Shown piece after piece: positions 48,534 through 59,370 of a stretch of DNA of 64,000 nucleotides. A model generated the notes under the pieces. That model was given only the letters and a program-made list of their open reading frames with translations. It made no database searches and was not told the DNA's origin. The stretch is from Candidatus Aldehydirespiratoraceae bacterium. Its GTDB lineage: Bacteria > Actinomycetota > Acidimicrobiia > Acidimicrobiales > Aldehydirespiratoraceae. The DNA lies in NCBI GenBank assembly GCA_965204595.1, contig CBDBEW010000014.1, positions 656,107 through 720,106 of the forward strand, in the 5' to 3' direction. Both the position numbers and the translations under genes were made by a program. Each line of letters begins with the position of its first letter. Position 1 is the first letter of the stretch.

Positions 48534-49048
48534 CGCCGTAGCTTAGCAGCATTGAGATGCCTCGTTTCGCGTGCCATTGAGGCATTGTCCAACTCAAATA
48601 AGCCCAGCGGCACATCTGCGCTAATGCGCTTAGTTGGCGATACGTCCACTATGAAGCGGGCTGGCACCAACGCGCCGTTGTCCAGTTCCAGAAGATCGCT
48701 AGCGGGATTCTCAATCATTCTAACCACAGTGCCACGTTCAATTCCTTGTTGGTCAACCAACATCGCACCAATCATCTCATGAGCCCACAAAACGCCGTTG
48801 TCTTCTAGTGGTTCAGCATGTAAGAGTGCACCACTCAATTGCTCGGCAAATTCACGGTCTGTGACATCGGCGAATGAGACAATCCATGCCGACTTATGCG
48901 GACGACTCTTGGTTACCAGCAGTCGGCGATCGGAGGTAAACAAAACCGAGCCGGCGTTAACGCGCTCGCGGCGATTGGTGGTCAACATAACCACAACCTC
49001 ACCGTCTAATCCATGGGCACGGGTGATGCGTCCTATTTCTAACAACAT
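48530..49048 (-). CDS. rimM: 16S rRNA processing protein RimM.
   Basis: LLEIGRITRAHGLDGEVVV, plus a PRC-barrel-like C-terminus. There is a 4-nt overlap with trmD. Confidence 0.85.
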   Translation of the reverse strand: MLLEIGRITRAHGLDGEVVVMLTTNRRERVNAGSVLFTSDRRLLVTKSRPHKSAWIVSFADVTDREFAEQLSGALLHAEPLEDNGVLWAHEMIGAMLVDQQGIERGTVVRMIENPASDLLELDNGALVPARFIVDVSPTKRISADVPLGLFELDNASMARETRHLNAAKLRR

Positions 49049-49123
49049 GGTAGGTTCGCCGAAGTTAGGTCACCCGTTGAGAGTTGACAATGCAAGGGCG
49101 TGGTTAGCGGCGAGCCTAAACCC

Positions 49124-49372
49124 CTACTGGTTGATGAACTCGATCTCAACTGAGGTGCCTTCTTGGTAGCCAGCGGCACGCACCACAGTTCTTATTGCCC
49201 CGGCAACACGGCCACGTCTGCCAATAACTCTACCCATATCACCCTCACCAACTGAAACATCAAGACGCAGAATTCCCGGCGATTTAGAAGCTACCACAGA
49301 AACGTCAGTTGGTTTTTCAACTAACTGCTGCACCAAATATTCACATATCGTGGTTGCTTTGTCTAATCCCAT
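49124..49372 (-). CDS. KH-domain RNA-binding protein (UPF0109).
   Basis: LVEKPTDVSV...VGEGDMGRVIGRRGRVAGAIRTVV. ATG 49372 abuts the rpsP stop. Confidence 0.8.
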   Translation of the reverse strand: MGLDKATTICEYLVQQLVEKPTDVSVVASKSPGILRLDVSVGEGDMGRVIGRRGRVAGAIRTVVRAAGYQEGTSVEIEFINQ

Positions 49373-49373
49373 C

Positions 49374-49658
49374 TCAATTGCTCTCTTCGCGATCGATTGG
49401 GGGTTCTTTAAACTGCTGCCACGCACCCGAAATCTTGAGAAGTTTTTCCACTCGGTCGGTTGGTTGAGCACCGTGACGCAACCAATGCAAAGCACGGTCG
49501 TTGTCGACCTTTACAACTGAAGGATTTTGACGTGGTTCATAGGTGCCAAGTATTTCCAAAAAACGTCCATTTCGGGGCGAACGTTCATCGGCGGCTACCA
49601 AACGGTAGGTAGGTTGTTTTTTCTTGCCCACCCGCATAAGGCGAAGTTTTACGGCCAT
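49374..49658 (-). CDS. rpsP: 30S ribosomal protein S16.
   Basis: MAVKLRLMRVGKKKQPTYRLVAADERSPRNGRFLEILGTYEP. Confidence 0.9.
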   Translation of the reverse strand: MAVKLRLMRVGKKKQPTYRLVAADERSPRNGRFLEILGTYEPRQNPSVVKVDNDRALHWLRHGAQPTDRVEKLLKISGAWQQFKEPPIDREESN

Positions 49659-49758
49659 TTGCTCTCTGTTTCTGTTAGATAACTTAGATATTGCGAATCC
49701 AATTCAACCCTCTTAGATTCCTTTTCCAACCCAACATGTTACATCAATGCCATTAACG

Positions 49759-51237
49759 CTACCGATCGCGAAGACGATCTTCAAGACCCGGCAATGCCAA
49801 GGGAAAGTCTGAGACACCAGTCGCTCCTGCGCCCTGAGGGACCTTAGCACCCCGTGACGTGGGTACTAACGAGCCTTTGGCAGTGACCCGTCCCCCTCCT
49901 TTTCTCTTTCCTTTTTTTCCCCGTTTGCGTGCTTTTGGATTGATCCTTTTGGAACCCAAACCCGACATTTGCATCATCACTTGACGCATCTGGGAGAACT
50001 GAGTGAGCAACTGTCTGACATCATTTGGCTTGACACCCGCGCCGTTAGCGATTCGTAAGCGACGAGAACCATCAATAATGTCTGGTTGCGTGCGCTCTGC
50101 TGGTGTCATCGCGAAAATCATCCCTTCAACCCGAGCAAGTTGCCTGTCATCTATCTCGGCATTGCGTGCCTCTTTAGGCAAGTTTGGCATCATTTGTAGC
50201 AAGTTCTGAAGTGGACCCATTTTTTTTATCTGTTGCATTTGTTCCAAGAAATCTTCAAGAGTGAACGTGCCTTCAAGCATGCGCTCGGCTGCTATTTCTG
50301 CTTGCTCTTTCTCAAAAGCTTCCTCAGCTTTTTCTATGAGAGTTTCAACATCCCCCATCCCAAGAATGCGGCTGGCCAACCGGTCTGGGTAGAAGGTATC
50401 AAAGTCTTCAACTTTCTCGCCGGTGGAAGCAAACGCGATAGGTTTACCGACCACTTCTTTAACTGACAATGCTGCGCCACCACGCGCATCGCCGTCAAGT
50501 TTGGTCAAGATCACGCCGTCTAACGAAAGTGTTTGGTCAAATGAGCGAGCCACGCTCAGGGCATCCTGACCCGTCATTGCGTCAACCACAAGAAACGTAT
50601 AGTCGGGAGAAATGGCCGAAGAAATAGCCGCTATCTCCTCCATGAGATTTCTGTCTATTGCTAAACGTCCAGCTGTATCAACTATCACAACATCACGCGC
50701 ATTGCGCGTGGCTTCTTTGAGTGCTTTCTTAGCCACTCTGGTTGGCCGACTTGTTTCAGAAAAAACTGGCACCTCTATTTGTTTGCCTAAGGTGCGGAGT
50801 TGTTCTACTGCTGCGGGTCTTTGCAGATCTGCGCCAACTAAAAGCGGATGGCGACCTTGTTTTTTGAACCATTGCGCCAACTTAGCTGCGTTGGTGGTTT
50901 TACCTGAACCTTGCAAACCTGCCATCAACACCACCGTCGGCGGTTTTGAGGCGTAGTTGAGCTTCATGGCCGCGCCACCCAAGCTCACAGTCAATTCGTC
51001 TAGCACAATCTTGATGACTTGTTGGCTGGGATTTAGTGCTTTGGAAAGCTCTTGACCTTGAGCTCGGTCGCGGATGCGCTGACCCATCGCGGTCACAACA
51101 TCAAGGTTGACATCAGCTTCAAGCAACGCCAAGCGAATCTCGGCGAGCGTGTTGTCGATATCGGCTGGGGATAATTTGCCTCGTCCTTGAATACCCCCAA
51201 AAATGCGTTCAAAGCGGCCAGAAAGAGTTTCAAACAT
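49759..51237 (-). CDS. ffh: Signal recognition particle protein Ffh (SRP54).
   Basis: MAGLQGSGKTT, DTAGRL, LTKLDGDARGGAALS, and a Met-rich M domain with a basic tail. Confidence 0.95.
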   Translation of the reverse strand: MFETLSGRFERIFGGIQGRGKLSPADIDNTLAEIRLALLEADVNLDVVTAMGQRIRDRAQGQELSKALNPSQQVIKIVLDELTVSLGGAAMKLNYASKPPTVVLMAGLQGSGKTTNAAKLAQWFKKQGRHPLLVGADLQRPAAVEQLRTLGKQIEVPVFSETSRPTRVAKKALKEATRNARDVVIVDTAGRLAIDRNLMEEIAAISSAISPDYTFLVVDAMTGQDALSVARSFDQTLSLDGVILTKLDGDARGGAALSVKEVVGKPIAFASTGEKVEDFDTFYPDRLASRILGMGDVETLIEKAEEAFEKEQAEIAAERMLEGTFTLEDFLEQMQQIKKMGPLQNLLQMMPNLPKEARNAEIDDRQLARVEGMIFAMTPAERTQPDIIDGSRRLRIANGAGVKPNDVRQLLTQFSQMRQVMMQMSGLGSKRINPKARKRGKKGKRKGGGRVTAKGSLVPTSRGAKVPQGAGATGVSDFPLALPGLEDRLRDR

Positions 51238-51283
51238 ACCCTGTTACCTTAGCCGACCTAGGCCGAGTACTGCGGTTGATCCC

Positions 51284-52360
51284 TCAACCAAAAAGGGCAT
51301 CAACGAACTCCTGAGGGTTGAATTCAACCAAATCAGCGGCACCTTCTCCGAGACCTACAAGCTTCACCGGCACACCAATCTCTGCTTGAATAGCGATCAC
51401 GATACCGCCTTTTGCAGAACCATCTAGTTTGGTTAGCACCACGCCGCTCACACCGACAGCTTCACTGAACTCCCTCGCTTGAGATAACGCGTTTTGGCCT
51501 GTTGTGGCATCGATCACCAACAATGTTTCAGTAACGGTTCCAGCACCTTTGTCGGCAACCCGGCGTACTTTGCGTAACTCTTCCATTAAGTTAGTTTTAG
51601 TTTGGAGGCGACCTGCGGTGTCTGCCATAACCAAAGGCACCGAACGGGCAGCTGCGTGTTCAATCGCGTCAAAAACAACCGATGATGGGTCAGCCCCATT
51701 AGCCCCTTTCACTATATCTACTCCGCTGCGTGCAGACCACAACGCAAGTTGTTCTGATGCTGCTGCTCTAAATGTGTCGCCTGCGGCGAGAACCACCGAG
51801 CGACCTGCAAGAGCTTCACGATGTGCTAGCTTGCCTATGGTTGTGGTCTTGCCCACCCCATTTACACCAACAAACAACCAGACTGAGGGTGAAGTTGATT
51901 CAGTATTGTTGTTGGTAGCAGATACTGTCTCATCTAGGGTGTTCAACGTGAGGTCATAGCCTTGTAGTCTTGCCACAATCTCAGTTTTTACTAGGTCAAC
52001 AATTTCGGTGGGTTCGATAACTTGATTTTCGTTGGCAACGTGGCGCACCGCCTCAATGATCTCTTGAGATGTGCTAACACCAACATCAGCTCGTATCAAA
52101 GCTTCTTGTAGCTTTTGCCAGGTTTCTTCGTTGACCTCACCGCTCCCAAAAACCGATCCTAAATAGCCAGTTAGTGTGGTTCGAGCCTTGTTGAGGCGGT
52201 CTTTGATTTTGGGTGAGGATGGTGTTGATGCATTGACAGCACCCGATTCAGTAGTCTGTTCTTTGTCTGCTTTATGGTGACGCAAGAGGAAATATACAGA
52301 TGCTGCGATGATGACCAATGCCGCAATCGCAATAATAATTGTGAATAACATAACCACCAA
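51284..52360 (-). CDS. ftsY: SRP receptor FtsY.
   Basis: FVGVNGVGKTTTIGKLA, ADTAGRLQ, LTKLDGSAKGG, and an N-terminal TM anchor. Confidence 0.9.
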   Translation of the reverse strand: MVVMLFTIIIAIAALVIIAASVYFLLRHHKADKEQTTESGAVNASTPSSPKIKDRLNKARTTLTGYLGSVFGSGEVNEETWQKLQEALIRADVGVSTSQEIIEAVRHVANENQVIEPTEIVDLVKTEIVARLQGYDLTLNTLDETVSATNNNTESTSPSVWLFVGVNGVGKTTTIGKLAHREALAGRSVVLAAGDTFRAAASEQLALWSARSGVDIVKGANGADPSSVVFDAIEHAAARSVPLVMADTAGRLQTKTNLMEELRKVRRVADKGAGTVTETLLVIDATTGQNALSQAREFSEAVGVSGVVLTKLDGSAKGGIVIAIQAEIGVPVKLVGLGEGAADLVEFNPQEFVDALFG

Positions 52361-52388
52361 ATGCTATCTAAGTTGCTTGAGGCTTTGC

Positions 52389-53759
52389 CTAAGCTGATGC
52401 TAGTATCGCTCTCAGCGTCAGCCTAGAACCATCACGCAAGACCAAAATGTCCACCGCTTCAGTTGGCCTAAACAACCTTATCTCAGCAGCCAAATCTACC
52501 ATTGAGAATATCTGTTTACCATTAACCGCTATGATTAAATCTCCACTAAGCAAACCGCTAGCATCAGCAGGCGATCCTTGCACTACTGATGTAACCAAAG
52601 TCCCCGGTGAGCCATCGGTTGGAGTTTCGCCTTGAATACCCAAGAAACCAATGGCAAGAGATTCGCTGTTGACGATGCGCTCTGCGATCAAAATAATTGT
52701 GTCTGAGGGGATAGCAAAACCCACGCCTACATTGCCATCTGAATATCCAGTCGTACGTATTTGCGTACGTATTTGCGTATTGATTCCAACCACTCGCCCT
52801 TGACGGTCTGCTAGTGCGCCACCAGAGTTGCCTGGATTAATAGGCGCATCGGTTTGAATCATTTCAACAGGGCTGGGGTTGGCTGGATCTGAACCACCTT
52901 GTAGTAGCACCCGATTAATTGCACTGACCACTCCCGCAGTTACACTTTGCCCTAAGCCAAATGGTCCCCCGATTGCAACTGCCAATTGTCCAACACGCAC
53001 CTCAGAGGTTGGCGCAAAAACAGCTTCAACTAAGGAGTTAACTTCTGAAGGGTCGACAGCAACCACAGCAATATCACGGCTAGCATCACTGCCTATAACG
53101 GTGCCAACCACACGTTGGCCGTCAGCGAATTCAACATCAACACTATTGCTTTGAGCAACCACATGGTCATTGGTCACGATGTAACCATTAGCAGCATCCC
53201 AGACCACACCAGAGCCTTGCCCATCGGTGGTAAGGATCACAACTATTGAAGGACCCAGAGCATCAGCAACATCGGCTACAGGCTCCAAAGAATTGCTTGG
53301 CACTAGCGGGGCGGTTTCGACTCCCAGAACAGAATTAACCGGGTTGGTTTCTTCATTAACGCTTACCGACGAATCATTGCCTAGCTCAGTTAGATTCGGA
53401 GCATCAGCCCCAGCAGTAGGGTTAGTGCCCGATGGCGATTCTGTAGATGACGATAATTGGCCTAAAGCAAACGCTCCGACAATTAGGGCTGCAACAGCGC
53501 AAACCCCTGCTAACACCCTTAGCCGCTGTGCAAAACGATTCTCTCCCGCTGGCGAAGGAACAGGAACGGGTGTGGCGAACGGTGCTGGCGGTGGCGGAAC
53601 AGGCGGCACTGGTGTAATCGTTTCAGAAGATGACTCTACTGCGTGGTTTGTCGAATAGCATGTAGGAGGATTAGGTAGCGGGGGTGGTGGCGGAGGTGAA
53701 GACAGGACCCAAGAATCCTTTGCTGTGTCCTCGCCATTATTGCCGAGGTTATTGTTCAT
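52389..53759 (-). CDS. HtrA/DegP-like S1C serine protease with a PDZ domain and a Pro-rich N-terminus.
   Basis: YIVTNDHVV (His), DIAVV (Asp), TDAPINPGNSGGAL (Ser), and a C-terminal PDZ (LLSGDLIIAVNGKQI). Confidence 0.85.
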   Translation of the reverse strand: MNNNLGNNGEDTAKDSWVLSSPPPPPPLPNPPTCYSTNHAVESSSETITPVPPVPPPPAPFATPVPVPSPAGENRFAQRLRVLAGVCAVAALIVGAFALGQLSSSTESPSGTNPTAGADAPNLTELGNDSSVSVNEETNPVNSVLGVETAPLVPSNSLEPVADVADALGPSIVVILTTDGQGSGVVWDAANGYIVTNDHVVAQSNSVDVEFADGQRVVGTVIGSDASRDIAVVAVDPSEVNSLVEAVFAPTSEVRVGQLAVAIGGPFGLGQSVTAGVVSAINRVLLQGGSDPANPSPVEMIQTDAPINPGNSGGALADRQGRVVGINTQIRTQIRTTGYSDGNVGVGFAIPSDTIILIAERIVNSESLAIGFLGIQGETPTDGSPGTLVTSVVQGSPADASGLLSGDLIIAVNGKQIFSMVDLAAEIRLFRPTEAVDILVLRDGSRLTLRAILASA

Positions 53760-53888
53760 ATTGTTAAGTCTAAAGTCTCAGCACGAAGAAAACGTACTCT
53801 GTACCTAAATTCGTTAATCCGCAAAACGTGGTTTGGCACCGAAAACTAGAGTAGCTTTCCGGTTGGCTTTGCTAGCGACCCAGCTGAG

Positions 53889-54521
53889 TTAACCTACTTG
53901 ATACTCTATGCTTTCTGTAGATATTTGAGTGGGCCAATCATCATTGAGAAACATTTTGGCGGTGTCTTCAAGTTCGCGGATACATTGATCGATTGAGAAC
54001 CAACCGTTTTTCCAACAAACAAGCTCAGACAACCAAACATGTTGTAGGGTCCGAATAATCTTATCCCTGCGTATCGGGTCAAAGTCTACGTCAAATGCAG
54101 TTTCTAGAATGGCTGCGAACGTTTCGTGTATTTCTCGATGGCAAGCAGCGACTAGTTCACCTTCTGCTAGCAATCCCCCAACAATGGCTGCGGTTATTTT
54201 TTGATTACTTTGAGTAGCGTAAGTCATGCGGCGAAGGATGTCAAGAACCCTTTCTAGGGTTGTATCGCCAACCGCTGGATTACGCGCCACACTAGCAGCA
54301 AGTTCTCTGGTCCAATCCACCAAGGTTGCCGCAAGAAGGTGATCTTTGGAATCAAAATAGTGATACACGGTACCGAGCGATACGTCGGCATGTATTGCCA
54401 CCTCACGCATTTGGACACCATGGTAGCCCCCTTGTGCTGCCAACTCTAAGGCGGCACGCAATATTCGCCTGCGGCGATTTGCCTGATTTACATGTAGGTT
54501 ATGTTCTGAGTGAACTACCAC
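53889..54521 (-). CDS. TetR-family transcriptional regulator.
   Basis: RRRILRAALELAAQGGYHGVQMREVAIHADVSLGTVYHYFDSKDHLL. Confidence 0.8.
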   Translation of the reverse strand: MVVHSEHNLHVNQANRRRRILRAALELAAQGGYHGVQMREVAIHADVSLGTVYHYFDSKDHLLAATLVDWTRELAASVARNPAVGDTTLERVLDILRRMTYATQSNQKITAAIVGGLLAEGELVAACHREIHETFAAILETAFDVDFDPIRRDKIIRTLQHVWLSELVCWKNGWFSIDQCIRELEDTAKMFLNDDWPTQISTESIEYQVG

Positions 54522-54524
54522 CGC

Positions 54525-55288
<764 letters not shown>

Positions 55289-55367
55289 TTAGTACCCACA
55301 AACATATAGACCGAATCTTAGCGTGGCTAACCTGCAAGCGCAAACGACCATCGCTCATTGGCGCGAC

Positions 55368-55393
55368 GGTGCCCGTTCAAAAGAACGGGCACC
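55368..55393. other. Perfect 11-bp stem / 4-nt loop hairpin (ggtgcccgttc aaaa gaacgggcacc) in a divergent intergenic region.
   Basis: Read directly. It is followed by gctttc on the plus strand. Confidence 0.6.
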
Positions 55394-55563
55394 GCTTTCA
55401 CACCCCTGGAGGGAGGCGTTTGGTAATTTAGAATCTTCATCAAACCAGTTAGTTGCAGCCTTAAAACATCTTTTTTAGGTAATTTTGCTGTTTTTTAGGG
55501 CTTAGGTTTGACCCAACGGCATTGTGAAGCAACAGTAACGAAACAGCGGTCTATTATGAGACC

Positions 55564-56682
55564 ATGAAGGCTCTCATTGTCGGCGCGCTATTGATATTAG
55601 CTGCGTGCGCTGGCCCCAATAGTAGCCAACCCAATGGAGACCCAAACACTACTAACCCCAATCCACTCGCTACCAGCACGACGGTTCAGTTGAACACCCA
55701 GGCATCCACAACTTCTGCTGTCATCCACCAGCCGACCACCACAAGCAGTGCAGGCACCACGAGCAACACAAGTACGAGCAGCACCACCGTCTTGAGATCT
55801 GACACTAGCACCACGACCGTCAACAGCACCACAAGCAGCAGCACCCTAATTACCACTACCACCACCAAACCCCTAGCACCGGAACCAGCTAAGGCTGAAC
55901 CAACCACCACCACAACTAAAACAACTGAACCACTAATTCCCGCCAACACGCCGTGGCCCCTAGACCCTCGAACAACCCATGATCGCACATGGACTGTCCA
56001 AATAATAGACCGCTGGCCACACAGCACCAATGCATTTACTCAAGGGCTTGAGACCCACGATGGCACCATGTATGAAAGCACCGGGCTTTATGGACAATCT
56101 CAACTACGAGCTCTAAACGACAGCACTGAACTACGCTCAGTGTCGCTTGAACCTTCCCTGTTCGGAGAAGGCCTGACCATTGTGGGTGATGAAATCATCC
56201 AACTCACTTGGCAATCAGGGCGCGCCTTGCGCTGGCAACGTGACACCTTCGAACCAATCGGAGAGTTTACCTACGAAGGAGAAGGCTGGGGTATTTGTTG
56301 GGACACCCTATCACAGCGACTAATTATGAGTGACGGCACGTCTACTCTAACCCACCGAGATAGTGGCAGTTTCGCAATACTAGCGACCGTAAAGGTGCGC
56401 CGAAACAATGACGATATTGAGCGCATCAACGAACTCGAATGCGTTGCTGGTTTGGTCGTCGCTAACATTTGGCAAACCAACGAACTCATCATCATTGAAC
56501 CCAACAATGGTGAGGTATTGGTGACCATAGACGCATCTTTGCTAGCTAAAGAAGCAAACATAGCTGCGGGTGAAACCCACGCCGTGCTCAATGGCATTGC
56601 TTACCAAGGCAACGGCAACTGGGTTCTCGGAGGCAAAAACTGGCCAACCCAATTCCTCGTCACGTTCACACTCGAAGGGTGA
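55564..56682 (+). CDS. Glutamine cyclotransferase (glutaminyl cyclase) beta-propeller with a lipoprotein signal and a Thr/Ser-rich linker.
   Basis: LILAACAG signal. Core: HSTNAFTQGLETHDGTMYESTGLYGQSQLR...LFGEGLTIVGDEIIQLTWQSG...GEGWGICWD...INELECV.G.V.ANIWQT. Confidence 0.75.
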   Translation: MKALIVGALLILAACAGPNSSQPNGDPNTTNPNPLATSTTVQLNTQASTTSAVIHQPTTTSSAGTTSNTSTSSTTVLRSDTSTTTVNSTTSSSTLITTTTTKPLAPEPAKAEPTTTTTKTTEPLIPANTPWPLDPRTTHDRTWTVQIIDRWPHSTNAFTQGLETHDGTMYESTGLYGQSQLRALNDSTELRSVSLEPSLFGEGLTIVGDEIIQLTWQSGRALRWQRDTFEPIGEFTYEGEGWGICWDTLSQRLIMSDGTSTLTHRDSGSFAILATVKVRRNNDDIERINELECVAGLVVANIWQTNELIIIEPNNGEVLVTIDASLLAKEANIAAGETHAVLNGIAYQGNGNWVLGGKNWPTQFLVTFTLEG

Positions 56683-56778
56683 CAACAGGACTCAATGTCA
56701 CACCCATGAGGGACACTTAGATTCCCTTGCGATCCGGGTTGGAACGCCATCAAAAACCGAAACTTATCGGAGATCAAG

Positions 56779-57540
56779 ATGGTTCAACCCATGTCAAATT
56801 TAACCCTCGGAAGGCGTGCTCTTGAATTGGAGTGCGCGATCGTTTTAATAGGCGATGAGATGATAGCACTAGCGACAAATACCACTAGCCCTTACGGGCC
56901 AATCGTGGGAGTTCGTTGCGGGTCAAATGTCCAAGCAGTGGCATACCCAATATCGGCAAGGCTAGTGCAAAGCGGTGTTCAAGAAACAACAATCGCTGTT
57001 GTGGTAACGAGGGAGAACCTAGCTCAAATAGTCAGCCTTTCCAAACCAACACCGCTCAACGTGGAGGCCGAATTGGGGCCAGCAATCGATGTGGGGAGAA
57101 GAGCTTTGGGTTTGGTAACCCCTGAAGAACTCACGTCAGCTACCGAAGTACTTGATATCTTTTGGCTTGACAGCATCATTAGTGTAACCCTGCGACTAGG
57201 AACTACCGAACCGCTCAACTGGGCATCCATCTCAATGCTGCACCCACTTGTTAATCAAGAAAGTTCACCGCAGCAAATACGAGAACGGCGCGAAACTGTC
57301 AAATTGAGTTGGAGAGATTTTCGCCATCGAGCCAGCAATCCTCGCTCACCGTGGCCGGGCATGGATCCCGCGATAGCTAGTTGGCTTGACGACGGCTCAT
57401 TTGCCCGTTGGTGCATTAGCGACCTACCTGAAAAAGAAACACTACTTGAAGACTTGCAAGACCTACTTGAGCCGCAACTAATGACTCAAATTAACGAAGC
57501 TTTGGATACTCCAGGTGATTGGATTAGACGTTGGCTATAA
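56779..57540 (+). CDS. Hypothetical protein.
   Basis: 253-aa ORF with host-like composition. I recognise no motif. Confidence 0.45.
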   Translation: MVQPMSNLTLGRRALELECAIVLIGDEMIALATNTTSPYGPIVGVRCGSNVQAVAYPISARLVQSGVQETTIAVVVTRENLAQIVSLSKPTPLNVEAELGPAIDVGRRALGLVTPEELTSATEVLDIFWLDSIISVTLRLGTTEPLNWASISMLHPLVNQESSPQQIRERRETVKLSWRDFRHRASNPRSPWPGMDPAIASWLDDGSFARWCISDLPEKETLLEDLQDLLEPQLMTQINEALDTPGDWIRRWL

Positions 57541-57631
57541 AAACCGACCATTAAACTGGGATAGCAAGTTTGAAAATCGGCGAAATCACGGCATCATAGA
57601 TGGTAGAGTTTCACCATCCGAAAGGACCTCT

Positions 57632-58111
57632 GTGAGTTACAAACCCGGTGACCGTGTGGTGTACCCGCACCACGGTGCCGCAGTGATAGAAAAGCAGGAG
57701 ACGCTCAGCGTGTCCGGGGAAGAAAAAGATTATCTGGTGTTGCGTATGACTCATGGAGATTTAATTTTGTCTGTGCCGGTAGACCAAGTTGAACAAGTTG
57801 GCATGCGCTGGCCGATCTCAAATGAGGATGTTGAAGACCTGATTGACGTGCTCGCGAGGCGAGATGTGCGTGAGCCGGCCAACTGGTCACGCAGGTTCAA
57901 AAACCATCAAGAAAAACTGAAGTCAGGCGATGTCTATCAAGTTGCTGAGGTAGTACGAAATCTAGCCCTGCGGTACAACAGCAAAGGACTATCCGCCGGC
58001 GAAAAATCGCTTTACAACAAAGCACGCACCGTGCTGATTTCAGAGTTGGCATTTGCGTTAGACGTGGACGAAGAAGTAGCCACCAACCGGGTAGACAAGG
58101 CACTCACTTAG
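57632..58111 (+). CDS. carD: CarD-family RNA-polymerase-binding transcription regulator.
   Basis: YKPGDRVVYPHHGAAVIEK...YLVLRMTHGDLILSVPVDQVEQVGMR...NWSRRFK.NQEKLKSGD. GTG 57632 is preceded by AAAGGA. Confidence 0.85.
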   Translation: MSYKPGDRVVYPHHGAAVIEKQETLSVSGEEKDYLVLRMTHGDLILSVPVDQVEQVGMRWPISNEDVEDLIDVLARRDVREPANWSRRFKNHQEKLKSGDVYQVAEVVRNLALRYNSKGLSAGEKSLYNKARTVLISELAFALDVDEEVATNRVDKALT

Positions 58112-59348
58112 TCAAGCAAATTCGCAGCATATCTAGAGCTGAGATGCTAGCAAGTTGGCGAACAAGACTGCGGTTATACGGCAGTTTGGTTGTGATTGCC
58201 CTATCCGCACCGCAAACGCTCACAGCTAGGCACACAACCCCAACTTCGGTGCCTTCGTGTGGGTCAGGGCCCGCAACACCAGAGGTGGCGATGCCCACAT
58301 CGGCATCAAAAATGCGACAAACTCCTTGTGCCATTTCAACAACGGCCTGCTCACTAACCACCTCCGTTGCAACAACCCCAAGTTGAGACCTTTTCAAATC
58401 CAAGTGATACGGCACTAGAGCACCACGAAAAACATCACTACAGCCAGCGACCGCCACGATGCGGCTAGCAATAAGTCCACCGGTGAAGGATTCCGCTAAC
58501 GCCAAAGTCAATTGTTTAGCATGCAACTGTGAGAGCACAACCGATTCCATAGTGTCGTCGTCTACACCAAAGACAACTTCACCAAGAATCGATCTGACCT
58601 GTGCCTCTTGATCATCAAGTATTGTCTGTGCGTCACTCTCGCTGTGCGCTTTGGCAGTGATCCTTACCTTCAAACCTTCAATACCGCTAGCAAGAAATGC
58701 AATCGTTGCAGTTGGGTTGTCGTTTAATTGTGTAATTTTTTTGTCTAACTTTTCAGCTAGTGCGGATTCAGAGATGCCCCAGGTTCGTAAAATGCGACTG
58801 CATATCACCCCTTCGATAGCAAACCGATCGCGTAAATCAGGCAACACACCCTTGAGCACCATTTCACGCATCTCCCAGGGAACGCCAGGTACTGCATAAA
58901 TAACTTTGGTGGCATCGCGTTTTTTCACGGGGCAGATCAAACCCGCTGCAGTACCGGGCATTACGGGGTTCAAATATGCTCCTTTGGGAACATCTGCTTG
59001 ACGTTTGTTGTTTGCGGGCATGGATCGGCCTCGGCTTAAAAACATCGCCTCGATAGTTCGTAGCACTTTCTGGTCACGCTGCAAGTCCACCTTCAAACAA
59101 GCCGCTATCGCCTCGCGCGTAATGTCGTCTTGGGTTGGCCCCAGACCCCCACAAACAATCACCACATCGCTTCGGCTTAGTGCCACATTTAGCACTTCAA
59201 CAATGCGCTCAAGATTGTCACCGACTTTAGTTTGATAGTGACTGTCTATACCCGCAAGTGCTAGTTGTTGTCCAATCCAAGCCGAGTTTGTGTCGGTGAT
59301 TTGACCCAGCAACAGCTCGCTGCCGACCGCCACCACCTCAGCTTTCAT
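58104..59348 (-). CDS. cinA: CinA-family protein (MoCF-binding domain plus nicotinamide-nucleotide amidase domain).
   Basis: MKAEVVAVGSELLLGQITDTNSAWI...VIVCGGLGPTQDDITREA, and a C-terminal ESFTGGL...ATSGVAGP. Confidence 0.85.
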   Translation of the reverse strand: MKAEVVAVGSELLLGQITDTNSAWIGQQLALAGIDSHYQTKVGDNLERIVEVLNVALSRSDVVIVCGGLGPTQDDITREAIAACLKVDLQRDQKVLRTIEAMFLSRGRSMPANNKRQADVPKGAYLNPVMPGTAAGLICPVKKRDATKVIYAVPGVPWEMREMVLKGVLPDLRDRFAIEGVICSRILRTWGISESALAEKLDKKITQLNDNPTATIAFLASGIEGLKVRITAKAHSESDAQTILDDQEAQVRSILGEVVFGVDDDTMESVVLSQLHAKQLTLALAESFTGGLIASRIVAVAGCSDVFRGALVPYHLDLKRSQLGVVATEVVSEQAVVEMAQGVCRIFDADVGIATSGVAGPDPHEGTEVGVVCLAVSVCGADRAITTKLPYNRSLVRQLASISALDMLRICLTK

Positions 59349-59370
59349 AAAATAACAGCCACAGCGTGGG

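Noticed and set aside
39283-49495. Long N-terminal extensions in the track ORFs for frr (39327), tsf (41007), rplS (47787) and the KH protein (49495).
   Set aside because: The extensions overlap the upstream genes and lack homology-like sequence. Internal ATGs with Shine-Dalgarno motifs give the canonical N-termini ([26 protein letters not shown]).
52752-52779. A 12-bp tandem duplication (cgtacgtatttg x2 plus a partial copy) inside the HtrA-like protease gene.
   Set aside because: It is in frame, duplicating QIRT in a loop region, and leaves the catalytic motifs intact. It is most simply a small slippage polymorphism with no evident function.
55680-55930. Repetitive ACC/AGC/ACG-rich DNA in the glutaminyl cyclase gene, and similar 18-bp imperfect repeats at about 7200-7265 in the DUF2339-like gene.
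   Set aside because: This is low-complexity Thr/Ser/Pro linker coding sequence, not a discrete repeat element.
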